A DNA stretch of 64,000 bases from Aplysia californica (Eukaryota): contig NW_004797274.1 of the NCBI RefSeq assembly GCF_000002075.1, forward strand, positions 108,929 to 172,928, written 5' to 3'. Below the pieces are notes generated by a model that worked only from the letters and a program-made list of their open reading frames with translations, made no database searches and had not been told where the DNA came from. Position 1 is the stretch's first letter; each line of letters starts with the position of its first letter. The translations under genes were made by a program, and so were the position numbers. Shown here piece after piece: positions 26,155-39,710 of this stretch.

Positions 26155-26590
26155 CTCCACCAGGGCAGTGCTACTGACTGAAGTGTCTTTAGGCCATTCC
26201 CAAAGGGGGGATACTTACATTTTATTCTTATGCACAGTAGAATACTTGTAAATGGGCTGATTTATCAATGTTATGCTCATACTCTCATACAGTTCCGGAA
26301 CAACACAGGAGGGGGGGGGGGGGGGGGACTGCTGCTTCTTCTTTCTTCATCCTTACCATCGTCATTTTCCCTCTATTTCTTTTGTATGCTTGTCACTCTC
26401 TTGTGAACTGCTATTTCCGGGGTGACTTGAGAGTCGAAGCAGACTTTGTACGCGTGCTGTTGAGGCGACATGGGAACAGAGTAGCCTAAGCTTTAGCTTG
26501 ATTCCCCGTTCGGACTTCTCTGTTGACATCCACCACTCGGATCGGCGCTCGTGTGACCTTATTCAGTTGTGAGCGCCGTAAAACCTGGCG
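26155..26590 (+). mobile_element. Interspersed repeat/SINE (family B); second copy at ~39345-39710
   Basis: Shared GTGCTACTGACTGAAGTGTCT...GTCGAAGCAGACTTTGT...GAGCGCC-TAAA tail. Confidence 0.75.
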
Positions 26591-29379
26591 GTAGACGGCC
26601 AACTTATCTAGAAAAATCACGACACGTAGACCTTCAACTAAACCGGCATCAAAGAATGTGTGTGATTTAAGCATACGTTTTCTAAAGATTCGCTTCTATA
26701 TTATCCCTTTCTCACCTGCCATGAATCATTTTATATACTTTATGCATGTAGCAGATGAATCCTCTCTCCTCTTTGTATTTTTCTTGTATCAGGTTTTTTT
26801 TGTGTTGTTTTTTTTGGTTTCCCTAATTGTGTCTTTGTTCTGCCCAATTTTGCCGATCTCTCTTTCTCAGCAACTTTAGTGAACCCATATTCCCTTATAA
26901 GACGTGCTTACTGCTTGCTTGTATACTTGTATAATATTATATTTTGTGGTTAATAGAAGTACAGGGGCNNNNNNNNNNNNNNNNNNNNNNNNNNNNNNNN
27001 NNNNNNNNNNNNNNNNNNNNNNNNNNNNNNNNNNNNNNNNNNNNNNNNNNNNNNNNNNNNNNNNNNNNNNNNNNNNNNNNNNNNNNNNNNNNNNNNNNNN
27101 NNNNNNNNGAGCACATTAATTGAGTTTATGCTCAGGATGCGAGTGTACTCGACTGGCTAGAGTACGTCATGATTACAAAGTGATTACCCAGGCTCGAACT
27201 CGAGTCCAGTATACTGAACTCGTACTTCCCCAGTTGTGATCAGTTGAGCAGTCAGGTCCTTGCATTGTCTTCTGTAAGGTAGGTCTGAAACTGAAAAAAT
27301 TAATTTTTTTCACCCTCACGCCCTCACTTTTATTTGGCTTAAGAGCGCCATATCGTCAGCCTTATTTCACAGTTGCCCAATTCGATTTCTGGTTTTCATG
27401 TCAAGCTGAGCTGTCTTCCGGATAAAGACATTAAAGGACATCTTACAATCTCTAAAATTCCAATTGGTTACAATAAATAGTAAAGCGTTAAAATAAGAAA
27501 GTGGTCGCAGTCACCAAAAGTAAAACTTTCAACCTTGATAAAGATCAACACTAGACTTCCTCTCTGAGGACATGGGAATACAGCCTCTTTCCAAGGGTGA
27601 TGTGACATAATAACTATTACATGTATCAAGGCGCTCTAAATGCAAAGTGTGTTGCTTGGGAGGAACACAAGGACAGGATCAATAAACTGTATTCTGTTCC
27701 GTCATCACATGTCTCCCCAAGCGCTTTAAATACAGTTACTTGTATAAAAGCCTAGTGCATGTTCGCCTTCAAGCTTCCACAATTTGTGATATAAGTGACT
27801 TCACTCTTTCTTTGACTTTCGCGGGTTTTTAAATATTTTTTTAAAATAAATATAATCATCTTTTACCATCCTCTGTCTAGCTTTATATGCCATCCAAACC
27901 TCTTTTGTGAGGTCTGTATGCCTTGTAAATGGATGGATCCTTCTTTCTCCGGTTATTACAGCTATATTATAATCTTCTAATATTTTTTTCTTCCTGATTT
28001 TGTATAATTTTCCTCTGTGAATATGTCATTTTAGAGCAACAGAACTGTACAATGAATGGGTGAAAACGTTAGGTGCTCCTCTGCTCCTCGGGGACCTTAT
28101 ATGCCTACCACTAGGCCTTCTCAGTTCTAGGCCTAGGCCTATATATANNNNNNNNNNNNNNNNNNNNNNNNNNNNNNNNNNNNNNNNNNNNNNNNNNNNN
28201 NNNNNNNNNNNNNNNNNNNNNNNNNNNNNNNNNNNNNNNNNNNNNNNTATACCTCCTTCGTGATCAGATCTTTTGCGTGCGTCTTTGTTGGTATCGTGGC
28301 CAGCCATGCTGGAAGTCTGTAGGCCTATAGTAGGCTACGTAATATTATAAATATTTATTATGTAGTTGTTCTTACAAGCAGTGGAGTATCTGGTTGCGAT
28401 GTTCGATCAAAGGGTAGGGGTGCGTTGGTGCGGTACGTTCATCATCTGCCGTTACAATCGTTCGATGTGGTAACCCACTTCTGCGTGCCGCTACATCTAT
28501 GAGATGAGGCGTGGGTAGGCCCCGCCTGTATGTGTAATGTAATTCGAGAAGTCGGAGAAGATGAAGTCATTTACTCTTTGCCATTTTCACTTTCAGTCCT
28601 ATCTTTCAGTGGGCGTTTACGAGGAAAGCAACGAACCTCTTATTTTACAAATCTATTTGAGTTGGAGCAAATGCTGATATTACTGATAAAATACACTTTG
28701 TGGATTTCAACCACAACATCTTCTTTTTTCTTACAGTACAGACTGAACTAGTCCATAAATTATAGGTTTATATAAGTGCCAGACTATAAATTTGATGTTT
28801 TTCATTACGTCGAGCGCAAGCAGAATATTTCATACGACCATAAGACACACATATGCATACAAGGAGCTTCACCACCCCGCCCAAAAAAATAAAACATTAA
28901 TAAATAAATAAACAAAACAAACACTAACACCCACGAATCTCCACCAAGACCAAGGGCGATAATCGTAAATTTTTCGTGTATATATAGAGATTATAGAAAT
29001 TTGAAATTATTTCCCTTTCAACATCACTTTACACTTTACATGCCGGTACATGTATCACAATTAAAGAGGTATGGCGGGGGAGAGTTTTAAAGTCAAAACG
29101 GCCACGTAATAAACATTTATTCTGTTTTCTCTTCACCAGTTCTCGCGAGTGTGTATGCTTTTTTCATTAAGAAAAAAAGATAGAGTAAGAGTTTTACGGC
29201 ACTTGCAGTACAATTAGGTCATGGAAATGCCCAAGAGGGGTTACGTTTAGAATGTAGCATTAATTTACAAACAAGAGACCAGGCGTGATTAAGGACGACA
29301 TCTTTGAGAGGGGGGAAGGAGTAAAGCATACTAGAGCACCTGCCTAACACCCATGTGTTTGAGAGAGAGTGAGAGAGAG

Positions 29380-29425
<46 letters not shown>

Positions 29426-30027
29426 NNNNNNNNNNNNNNNNNNNNNNNNNNNNNNNNNNNNNNNNNNNNNNNNNNNNNNNNNNNNNNNNNNNNNNNNNNN
29501 NNNNNNNNNNNNNNNNNNNNNNNNNNNNNNNNNNNNNNNNNNNNNNNNNNNNNNNNNNNNNNNNNNNNNNNNNNNNNNNNNNNNNNNNNNNNNNNNNNNN
29601 NNNNNNNNNNNNNNNNNNNNNNNNNNNNNNNNNNNNNNNNNNNNNNNNNNNNNNNNNNNNNNNNNNNNNNNNNNNNNNNNNNNNNNNNNNNNNNNNNNNN
29701 NNNNNNNNNNNNNNNNNNNNNNNNNNNNNNNNNNNNNNNNNNNNNNNNNNNNNNNNNNNNNNNNNNNNNNNNNNNNNNNNNNNNNNNNNNNNNNNNNNNN
29801 NNNNNNNNNNNNNNNNNNNNNNNNNNNNNNNNNNNNNNNNNNNNNNNNNNNNNNNNNNNNNNNNNNNNNNNNNNNNNNNNNNNNNNNNNNNNNNNNNNNN
29901 NNNNNNNNNNNNNNNNNNNNNNNNNNNNNNNNNNNNNNNNNNNNNNNNNNNNNNNNNNNNNNNNNNNNNNNNNNNNNNNNNNNNNNNNNNNNNNNNNNNN
30001 NNNNNNNNNNNNNNNNNNNNNNNNNNN

Positions 30028-30985
30028 CCCCCCCCCCCAACCTTTCCAACATTTTGTGACTGCGTGGTTTATGAGGGCTCATTATAATAATACATTATGT
30101 ATTAGCAAGTGTGTGTCGGTGACACTCGTTTAGTTGGATGATCACTGGGTTGTGTCTCTGAGTAAGACTTGATAACATTTGCTTGAAAAAAAAATGAAAT
30201 AGAACAAAATGCCATTGTAAAACAATAATCAAATTTCTGGAGAGGATCAATAAAACGACGGTCGAAAGTTATAAAACATGGCATCAAAATTAATGCCCTA
30301 CGCTCTGGGTTGTTGCAGAGATGATTTACAGTATTACTGTAAACTCTCTTGGTTCATGTTTTGCTAAAGGCAATGTTTAGCGAGCATGCAGGCGAGGCAT
30401 TAAAAAAACAACAACATATTATAATACACCATAGCCCCCAATATACATTATAATGTACATGATGTGTACATGTACATTTTCAAATATTGCGACTGGTCAT
30501 TAGGATATTAATACGGATTAATAGTTGTTAGAATTGCTGTCATAAATGCGAATATACATCGCTATTTGTAAACAAAAAAGTCACATGACTTCAAATATGG
30601 CAGTGTTGATGTTTGTGTTAGGTCGCTGTGTGGAAGAGCAAGCGTAGAGTAGGAAAACTCTGTTCTTTGCAATTAACTCGTCGGAATAAATCATATTTTT
30701 TTAAAAAGCAGACCTAGATGCAGACACCTGGATGTATTTTTGGGAACATGAATCAACTGTTTCTTAGATCAGTTGCCTTGACATGCACCATCCTTTTGTT
30801 TTACAAAGTTGAATGTAACAGTAAAAGTAAAAGTAGCGATAGTTTTAGTCTTAGAGGTAATTTAATTAATAGGAGGTCTACAACAAGTTCAAAAAATTTT
30901 AATACTCCTTTTGTTTTTCTGTGCTCGATTATCAATTACGACTATTACAACTTAACATCCACGTATGTACTTTTTAATTTGATCT
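30028..30985. repeat. Near-identical copy of 32270-33235 between N gaps (probable second haplotype)
   Basis: Direct match with few SNPs/indels; flanked by gaps on both sides. Confidence 0.85.
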
Positions 30986-31703
30986 NNNNNNNNNNNNNNN
31001 NNNNNNNNNNNNNNNNNNNNNNNNNNNNNNNNNNNNNNNNNNNNNNNNNNNNNNNNNNNNNNNNNNNNNNNNNNNNNNNNNNNNNACTATTTTCCGTACT
31101 CTCCACCTAGATCCGATCCCACCTAAATCGTTTCAGTGTTAGCTAGGCCTACGTACGTAGTGCTATAATTTGGGGTTGTCATTACTTAACCTAGGCACAT
31201 TAAATATCTCGGCACAGAATCTAAATGATAGGCCCATCAATTATTAAATCTTCTCCAGTATAGGCGTACCGTTCAAGCTTTATCACAACGACATGATATT
31301 TTATTGGGCGTTTAAACTATGTCTAGTACGAACAGTTCATATATAAGCAGGAATTATAATGAGCCACACGTCTGGCATCAGTAAGATGTCAGTTACCGTA
31401 ATTACTATAAGATCTTGTTTACGCCCTCTTGGGTAATTACTAAATGAGGCTGGGATATGCCATAAAGTGGGAATGACTTTATAAGTCAAGATCCCTGTCT
31501 TTATGCAATTGCAAGATAAGAAGATGACATAATTCCCTGCAAAACTTTCTATTTAGGCCTGTACGTATTGTTTTTTTCCTTGTTTATTTAAATATGTATT
31601 TTTAAAAAAGTATACATTATTTTACCCATGGTTCTTGTCTAGATCAAGGTATACAATGCTCATTTTTCTCTCATTTAATTGAACTTGCACCTTATAATCT
31701 TCT

Positions 31704-32265
31704 GGGGCTCTCTTGGTTTAGAGGTTACTGTGTTTGCCTCTCGTTCAATAGGTCCCGGGTTCGAACCCCGACAACGACTTAAAATTTAATTCTCTAAAAT
31801 TTTCGCTTTTCACCTCCTTTCCTGCTTCTAACCATGTTATGCCGTCAGTCAGCTGCGTTCGTCTCCACTTTCTGCCCCCTCCACCTCCTCAGTTTGCTCC
31901 TCCTCGAATCTGGGCTCCTGACTCTTTCTGAGGCAAGCTTTACTGCCACTGGCCCCTTCAATTCCTGCTGTCTTTCGGCCTCACACCAGATTTCAGGGTA
32001 GGTATATAAGATCTAACACATAGCTTTCTCGGATAAAGGCGAAAAATCTCGGAGGCCTCCGTGTGCATGTTGTGCACGTTAAAGATCCCTTAATTAATGG
32101 TGGTCCAAAATCGATAAGAGCGTATATTATTATATTATAGGCTCCGGCGGCCACCATGGCAAAATTCAAAATTAATTCCTACCAAACAGAAAATGTTCAC
32201 TTTGTCCCGCACCCTCATATATGACTTTATGCAGTTGCGAGCTCCGTAAAATACTTATAAAAAAA
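31704..32265 (+). mobile_element. tRNA-derived SINE (family A)
   Basis: A box TGGTTTAGAGG, B box GGTTCGAACCC; homologous to 46438-46957, 55357-56140 (-) and 58190-58602 (-). Confidence 0.85.
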
Positions 32266-32823
32266 GTATCCCCCCCCCCCCCAACCTTTCCAACATTTTG
32301 TGACTGCGTGGTTTATGAGGGCTCATTATAATAATACATTATGTATTAGCAAGTGTGTGTCGGTGACACTCGTTTAGTTGGATGATCACTGGGTTGTGTC
32401 TCTGAGTAAGACTTGATAACATTTGCTTGAAAAAAAAATGAAATAGAACAAAATGCCATTGTAAAACAATAATCAAATTTCTGGAGAGGATCAATAAAAC
32501 GACGGTCGAAAGTTATAAAACATGGCATCAAAATTAATGCCCTACGCTCTGGGTTGTTGCAGAGATGATTTACAGTATTACTGTAAACTCTCTTGGTTCA
32601 TGTTTTGCTAAAGGCAATGTTTAGCGAGCATGCAGGCGAGGCATTAAAAAAACAACAACATATTATAATAAACCATAGCCCCCAATATACATTATAATGT
32701 ACATGATGTGTACATGTACATTTTCAAATATTGCGACTGGTCATTAGGATATTAATACGGATTGATAGTTGTTAGAATTGCTGTCATAAATGCGAATATA
32801 CATCGCTATTTGTAAACAAAAAA

Positions 32824-32833
32824 GTCACATGAC
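32824..32833. promoter_or_regulatory. CLEAR/M-box-like E-box GTCACATGAC upstream of the M6PR/ATG27-like gene (also at 30580-30589 in the duplicate)
   Basis: One mismatch to CLEAR (GTCACGTGAC); contains TCATGTGA on the minus strand; ~160 nt upstream of the candidate ATG. Confidence 0.5.
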
Positions 32834-32991
32834 TTCAAATATGGCAGTGTTGATGTTTGTGTTAGGTCGCTGTGTGGAAAAGCAAACGTAGAGTAGGAAA
32901 ACTCTGTTCTTTACAGTTAACTCGTCGGAATAAATCATATTTTTTTAAAAAGCAGACCTAGATGCAGACACCTGGATGTATTTTTGGGAAC

Positions 32992-33106
32992 ATGAATCAA
33001 CTGTTTCTTAGATCAGTTGCCTTGACATGCACCATCCTTTTGTTTTACAAAGTTGATGAATGTAAAAGTAAAAGTAGCGAAAGTAGCGATAGTTTTAGTC
33101 TTAGAG
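32992..33106 (+). CDS. Candidate exon 1 (signal peptide) of the M6PR/ATG27-like gene
   Basis: MNQLFLRSVALTCTILLFYKVDECK... is signal-peptide-like, with an AG|GTAATT donor (phase 1). The next confident exon is phase 2, so an intervening exon is unplaced. Confidence 0.5.
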
Positions 33107-33323
33107 GTAATTTAATTAATAGGAGGTCTACAACAAGTTCAAAAAATTTTAATACTCCTTTTGTTTTTCTGTGCTCGATTATCAATTACGACTATTACAA
33201 CTTAACATCCACGTATGTACTTTTTAATTTGATCTTTATTTTGGGCTTCTTGTGTTGTGAACCTTGTATGTAGAGTGTAAGATCTAGATCTAGATCTAGT
33301 GAATGTTGAGTTGACAGTTTAGA

Positions 33324-33893
33324 AAGGAAGTGGCTATATCCTCTCCTGGGGCGAGAATAAAAAATACGATCAACCTCTCACCGCGGGTGAGAATAAAAAA
33401 TATGATCAACCTCTCACCCTGGGTGAGACTTGCCAGCGTTGGCTATTCTCACCCGGTGTGAAACAAGACCTGTTTTTGGCCTAATTTCGGAATACTTTTA
33501 TGTCTATCGGTGTGGATGATCAAATTGACAAAAATGCAAAATTTAAAAAAGTTATAGCACAAAAGTAAGCTAATTTGATCGTCTACAAAGATCATGCTCT
33601 ATGGTTATCGAGCCGAACTACGCGGGTCGCCGTTTTGTTTTGCCCGAAAGCTCTCGCTAGATCTACTCCTCCCCCCTCTGTCTCGCTCCTCTCTGTCTCT
33701 TTCTGAATACTGTCTGTCGGTGTGGACGATCAAATTTACCAAAATAAAGTTAAAAAATGATGTTAAAACACAAAAGTAAATGATTAATTTGTCCGTTTAC
33801 AAAGATGCTACGGCTATTTAACTTTTCGAATCAAGCCGAATTACGCGGGTCGCCATTTTCATTTTGTTTAGCCCGGAAGTTCTCGGGCTACTC

Positions 33894-33960
<67 letters not shown>

Positions 33961-34478
33961 CTGCCCACAGACAAAATTGCACGCTTTCAGGCTAACAGTA
34001 GTAACACAAGAGCACTGGAAATTTAGTTCACGGCACAGAATTCTACAATTCTGTTATCACAGTGCAGAATTCTATGGTTCAGGATGAACGCTTTGCTGGT
34101 TGGCCTAGGCTATAACGGTAAACGCACACTGGGTGAGAATAGCCAAAAGGCTCGCCTGCGCTATATTCTCACCCCGGTGGCCTTTTAGAAATTGAGCTTT
34201 TTTACTACTTCTAACTTAAGTTGTTTAATTTAAATTGTTCTCCCCGGCCGATTCCACGTCGCTGACTCCAAGCTCCTATTTCCAGTCTAATGTGCCCAGT
34301 ATGTCCAGTCCAATGTTGGCATGTTGGTTTGGAGAAGGAGTAGGATCAATCCGTTGTGAGAATAGCGCAGTTGAACCTTTTGGCTATTTTCACCCGGTGT
34401 GCGTTCACCGTGATACCAGTGTAAACAAATGTTGCAGCGCTCTTGTGTTGAAAGCGCGCAATTTTGTCTGCTGGCAGT

Positions 34479-34533
<55 letters not shown>

Positions 34534-35048
34534 AGTAGCAAGAACTTCCAGCAAAACAAAATGGCGACCGGCGTAGTTCGGCTCGATTCGAAAAGTGAAA
34601 TGTGAAGCGTGCTGACAAAAAGAGTTACTTCTCGGATTCAGGCCTTAAGGAAATAGATACATCACACTTATAGGTGAAGTTTTTACAATTTATAGATATG
34701 AAATATAAGGAGTGTTATACTTAAAGAATATGGCATCTATAGAAAATTTACAATTTTGACCCTATAATGTCAATTTTTGGTCAATATCTCCATTTGTGGA
34801 CTGCGAGAAGTAACTCATTTTGTCAGCACGCCTCACAAATAGCCGTAGCATCTTTGTAGACGACCAGATTAGTTTACTTTTGTGCTATAACATCTTTTTT
34901 TTCTTGGTTTTAGTCAATTTGATCATCCACACCGATAGACAGTATTCAGAAATTAGGAAAAACAGATCTTCCTGTTTCACAACTGGTGAGAATAGCCAAC
35001 GCTGGCAATATTTTTATTCTCACCCGCGGCGAGAATAGCCACTTCCTT
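33324..35048. mobile_element. Long inverted-repeat (foldback-like) element, or two inverted copies of one repeat
   Basis: AAGGAAGTGGCTAT at the left end and ATAGCCACTTCCTT at the right. Arms ~33324-34180 and ~34356-35048 are reverse complements, including (CT)n/(GA)n tracts. Confidence 0.8.
34601..34837. mobile_element. ~237-bp MITE nested in the right arm; second copy at 63356-63592
   Basis: TIRs TGTGAAGCGTGCTGACAAAA.GAGTTACTT / AAGTAACTCATTTTGTCAGCACGCCTCACA; absent from the matching position of the left arm. Confidence 0.85.
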
Positions 35049-35496
35049 GCCATTCAATAGAAGGCTAACATTAGATTCATTACTGATGATACTGCTGTTT
35101 GAGTGTGAGAGGAGAAGAAATTTGTGGAGGATTTACAGAGTTTTATATGGGCCTCGTGAAAAGGCATTTTTTGGACAGTTTTAGAAGGTAATATAATAAC
35201 TGTGTAGATTGGGATGTTTGCAATTAAATTATGATCTCATGGGACCAGTGAGCAACCAGGATATATATATGGAAGGACATAATTTGTTTGTTTGAATGTT
35301 AGTCAATTAAGTGATTGAATATCGTGGTGTTGTTTGTGTGTTCCTGTTGTTTTAATTAGTGATTTATAATGCACATAAATTAAAAGAATGCTGTTCACTG
35401 AATGTCTTGCAGAGAATTGGAAAGAAATTTGAAAGGTTTAATTATGGAAGCTCAAAAAAAAAAAAAAAATCAATATATGTTAATTTTTCTTTGTAG

Positions 35497-35699
35497 AATA
35501 TGGTCAGTTACTCTTCAAAAGGAGCACTGCCTGCCTTTGAATGCCACAGCTGGCTCCCCGGATTCTTGCACCGTGCACATGGCCTTTTGCCATAAACTGG
35601 GCATTGACCTTCCTTGTGCCAATGACTCTGTTTGCCACTCCTCTACGCAGGGAAACCTCAGCGTAGGTGGATTCTCTGAAAACCCTTTCAATGCTACAA
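35497..35699 (+). CDS. M6PR/ATG27-like MRH-domain protein, exon
   Basis: IWSVTLQKEHCLP...HMAFCHKLGIDLPCANDSVCHSSTQGNLSVGGFSENPFNAT; TAG/GTAAG boundaries, phase 2 to 1. Confidence 0.85.
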
Positions 35700-36605
35700 G
35701 TAAGATTTCAATGTTCTTGATTAAGTAATATTAAAAGGTGCACAGGTGACAGGTGCGTAGGTGACAGCAGGTGTAAGATGAAAAAAAGGAGTCAGTGAAT
35801 GAAATACAATGATGGGTATCTATTGCAAATTTTAAGTGATTTTAACTGTTTTCTCCTTTTGATACAGAAATATTGCTTTAAAAAAAAACTCAACCAATTT
35901 TATCACAATTTTTTTTTCATTGGCATATTTAATACATGATATGTTTTGGGGCGTGTTGTGCTTTGAGATTGTTTAACTTTCAATGTGTGGTAGGCTGTTC
36001 CATGATTGTTCGGAGCAAATTTTATGACTCAGTTTGCAGCAGATATATCCATTATGAATTTCCCTTTAACTCTGCTCCTATGTAAACTGTTTGCATGAAA
36101 TAAATACCAAAATGAGCAGAAATGATTTCTCCTTGCAATACTCATTATAACTGTGTAATATAATTTAAGCTGAACTGGAATTTAAAAAACCTGAAACAAA
36201 CATTATATGCAACAAAACAAACAAAAGACAATACAAATCTGTCCACATGTCAATACAATGAGTAACTTAGCTTTCAGCCTAAATATTTTTTCTGTAATAT
36301 ACATCCAATTATGAATGTACACATGCATGTTCATAAATTTGTCATGATATGATTCTCAAATAACAAGATTGCAGCTCTTAATTTCACTGAGATGACAGTG
36401 GCAGCCTGTCAAGAGAAATATTTGGTCGTCCAGTTTTTGCAGAATATGCAATTTATGTATAAGTTTGCCTCTTATTTTACCAATCAGCAAAAATAACGCT
36501 ACTACTTAAACTAATCGTTTTGCAATTATGATAAATTTTTATGTAAGTAAGTGTAAAGCAATGCTCGTTCCCATCCATAATTCAGAAATTCTGATCTTTC
36601 CCTAG

Positions 36606-36814
36606 AACCTCCTCAAGCTTCTGATGGCTTCCAAGCCAATTTTCCAAATGGTGGACCCTACCAGACTTTTGCTGGAGGAGCTTGTAACCTAGCAACTACT
36701 GTTGCCTTCCAGTGCAATCATTCAGCACACTGGCTTGTCTCCAGTTCTGCTACTAAGGCGGTTAGGATAGCCCCAGATCCCAAGAAAGTTCATTTTGATC
36801 AAAATAATTGCCTT
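36606..36814 (+). CDS. M6PR/ATG27-like protein, exon
   Basis: KPPQASDGFQANFPNGGPYQTFAGGACNLATTVAFQCNHSAHW...VHFDQNNCL shows the MRH NG..C...T.V.F.C pattern; phase 1 to 0. Confidence 0.88.
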
Positions 36815-38164
36815 GTAGGTCACATTTAGCTCTTTATATATTACTATTACAGTAGTCTCTGCCTAAGATCCTGGTGCTTTGGAGCTAGGAATATTGGGGA
36901 TCTCAGGTGAATGGTATCATAGCTAATTCATATTGGTGGAGAATTCAGGGGGAATCATGGTCAGGCCCACAGTCAGTGAAATGATCTTTCTTTATTTTGA
37001 AATGAACTGACATGACCCCTGTGTGGGTTTATGACTTATGGTGAACAAGGATTTGTTAACTTTGATGACCAATCACAATGGCAGGAGGTGTGCCATTTTC
37101 ACATATCCAATCGTCAGCCTCAATAAAGATTAATGTTGATCCGTTTGCTCCACCCCTGTCCAACAGTTATAGTTTTCCATCTCTGATTGAGTCCCCCTCT
37201 CATGTCGTTGCTTACCATTGTATTGTAACTGCACCAATTAAAATCCAGACTATCTAGCAAATTTGGGCGCAGAGAATGGTCATGAAAATGAAGCACAGAG
37301 TTTGCTTTTCAATGTGGTCTCATCCGATTCAGCCTTGTAGACCCTACCCACCAAACATGATAAGTAAATTCAAGCAATAGGCCCAAATGCAAGGGCCCTG
37401 TTTGGGAAAAACAAATGCATTGACGAGTTCACATCTCAGCTTCATCCCAACTGGGGCAAACTCTGTACCCACTCATCAAGGTTTACAAGGGAGATGTGAT
37501 CACATTCACGAGAGTGAATGATCTGTGACGCAATTGGCAGTAAAATGACCCAAATTATCGCTGCTTGGTTGATCAGCTGTGCTCCCTGGGGGTTTTGTTC
37601 CGAATATTATGATCTGAAATGCGGGATGTTTATCGAATGTGGTCACTCAGGGCAGGATCTTAGGGGTGACTTTCGTGTAATAAAATTCTGTTTTCTTAAA
37701 ACAGCAGGATCATTTTTATCATGTTTGGTCAATTTCACTTTTTATATGTGATCTTTAATTTTAGCAGAATGTTCAAATGCAACCACTTATTTGATCATTG
37801 AGTTCAAAGAATGGATGTAAAGATAAAAGTGCCCAGATATGTTATCTTTTTGCATCAATACTGGAAACAATGTATGTAGTATGTTTTTAAAAAAAAGTGT
37901 CCACACTCTACAGGCAAGCCTTACTATTATTTGTGAAGAATATTAAAAATATTTTGTTCCATATACTGACCATAAATCAATATTTAGAGCCAGGAAATAG
38001 CTTCAATTGTCTCCTTTTTTGTCTAGAGTGACTCTTTTTGTTTTGACTCAAAATTGCTTTTAGTTTTTCCGATGTCAGTTTAAATTAGATTATCATGAAG
38101 TGAATCCTATAAAACCTATTCTTACTTGAGGTCTGTTTTCAAAATGAAATTTTTCTTTTCTCAG

Positions 38165-38253
38165 ATGACCTTGACCTTTGATTTTGCTGGGGCTTGTAGA
38201 CGGAGCTCTAATTCCCCAAAGAGTTTAAGTGCAGGCACAGTTTTGATAGTGAT
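38165..38253 (+). CDS. M6PR/ATG27-like protein, exon (end of MRH domain, start of TM)
   Basis: MTLTFDFAGACRRSSNSPKSLSAGTVLIVI parallels CD-MPR '...ACS...LSVGSILLV'; phase 0 to 2. Confidence 0.9.
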
Positions 38254-38651
38254 GTAAGTTTCAGATAAGTTTTTACTGCCTGAGACTGTGCGTAGGTGTT
38301 GCTTTCTTTTAACGGCTAATGTGTTTAGACAATTTTGTCCCTAGGCTTGATGGCTAGACGAGTTATAGATTCTCTGTGAGTTTTACTCTGTTTTAGTGTT
38401 TTAAAAGTCAGTACATTATAGCCCACTCCTGTCACATTCGCAAGATGTTCATGAAATCAGATCATCTGTTTTGTTTTGCAAATAGGAAATGTTTTGACAT
38501 CTAGGTTAGCATTATATTTAGAATGTTCTGTATCTAAGTGTCATAAGCAGATAAGTAATGTCTTTTCTGTTTGGTTTTAAAGAGAGGAAGAGGCTGTTTC
38601 GAATTGTAATCTACGTTGACTGTACGTCTAATTTGAGTTTTCTTTTTGCAG

Positions 38652-38775
38652 CTTTCTGGTCTCCTCCATACTGTATTTTGTGTTTGGTTCAATGGTCAAC
38701 ATCTCCAGAAGGCGCTCAGGTTCACAAATTGTTCCGCATTCAAAATTCTGGACGATGCTTCCAGTATATGTTATG
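38652..38775 (+). CDS. M6PR/ATG27-like protein, exon (TM and juxtamembrane tail)
   Basis: FLVSSILYFVFGSMVNISRRRSGSQIVPHSKFWTMLPVYVM carries the family G.+..PH..FW..L motif. Confidence 0.9.
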
Positions 38776-39344
38776 GTAAATTTTTTAATTTTTAAAAAAT
38801 GTTACTTTTACTCTCAGGGCTCATCTGCTTTTGTCATTGATGCGGTTATGATTGCTGCTTTTAAAATAGGTTCTTGGTCCAATCTGTGCATCTTAAGAAG
38901 GTGAATGATTTACTCAGTGGTGAATAAGTTTCACAGAATGAATTAAATGAATGATAAATTTTCTAGAGCAGCAACAGTTGTTAAAGATAGAGTTAGATTT
39001 TGTCTTAAAAGACTGCAAAGGGATGGGAATCACAGTTAAAATTATGTACATTTCAGATTGTCTCTATCTTGATAGGTGGCTATATTATGGGACATTTTCT
39101 AAATCTTTGTGTCTGAACTGTTTTGCTTAGTTATAAAGAAGAGTCATACTAAGTGACGAAAAAAAATAAACAATGAAAAAGTTTTATAAGGTGATCAAAT
39201 TGTGCTGTTACCTTGTATGAAACAACAAAAAATGCAATCAGATATATACGCCCTTGACATTTTGAAAAACTCAATGGTGTGTTCTTGGGTTGTTTCTGTG
39301 CGCTCTTTGCTCAACATTAAGTTTCAGCTGTTTGATTGCTTGAT

Positions 39345-39710
39345 ACCCCCCGGGGCGGTGCTACTGACTGAAGTGTCTCTAGGCCTTTCCCAAAGGGGGG
39401 AATTGTAAATGGGCTGATTCATCAATGTCATGCTCATAACTGTGCCTGAACTGCAATGGGGAACTGCTGCTTTTTATTTCCTGATCCTTATTGTTGTCAT
39501 TTTTCCTCTTCTTCTTTTGTATGTTTGTCACACTCTTGTGACCCACAATTTGCGGGGTACCTTGATAGTGATAGTCGAAGCAGACTTTGTGCTGTTGAAG
39601 CTAGAGAGGTGAGCAGAGAAAGCCTGATTCTCTGTATGGACTTGTCTGTTGACATCCGCCCCTTGGCGCTCTTATGACTTTATGCAGTTGTGAGCGCCAT
39701 AAACACTCTA
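39345..39710 (+). mobile_element. Interspersed repeat/SINE (family B), copy 2
   Basis: Homologous to 26155-26590. Confidence 0.75.

Noticed and set aside
29219-30133. Long ORFs spanning N runs (also 17610-17957, 46973-47773, 52427-52706)
   Set aside because: Artefacts of assembly gaps and (GA)n/(CT)n microsatellites
30718-31110. Second gene copy or alternative first exon of the M6PR-like gene
   Set aside because: Lies in a gap-flanked near-identical duplicate of 32270-33235; most simply an uncollapsed haplotype
31704-31775. tRNA gene (also at 46438, 55811 and 56070-56140)
   Set aside because: A/B boxes are present, but there is no full cloverleaf and each continues into a repeated SINE body
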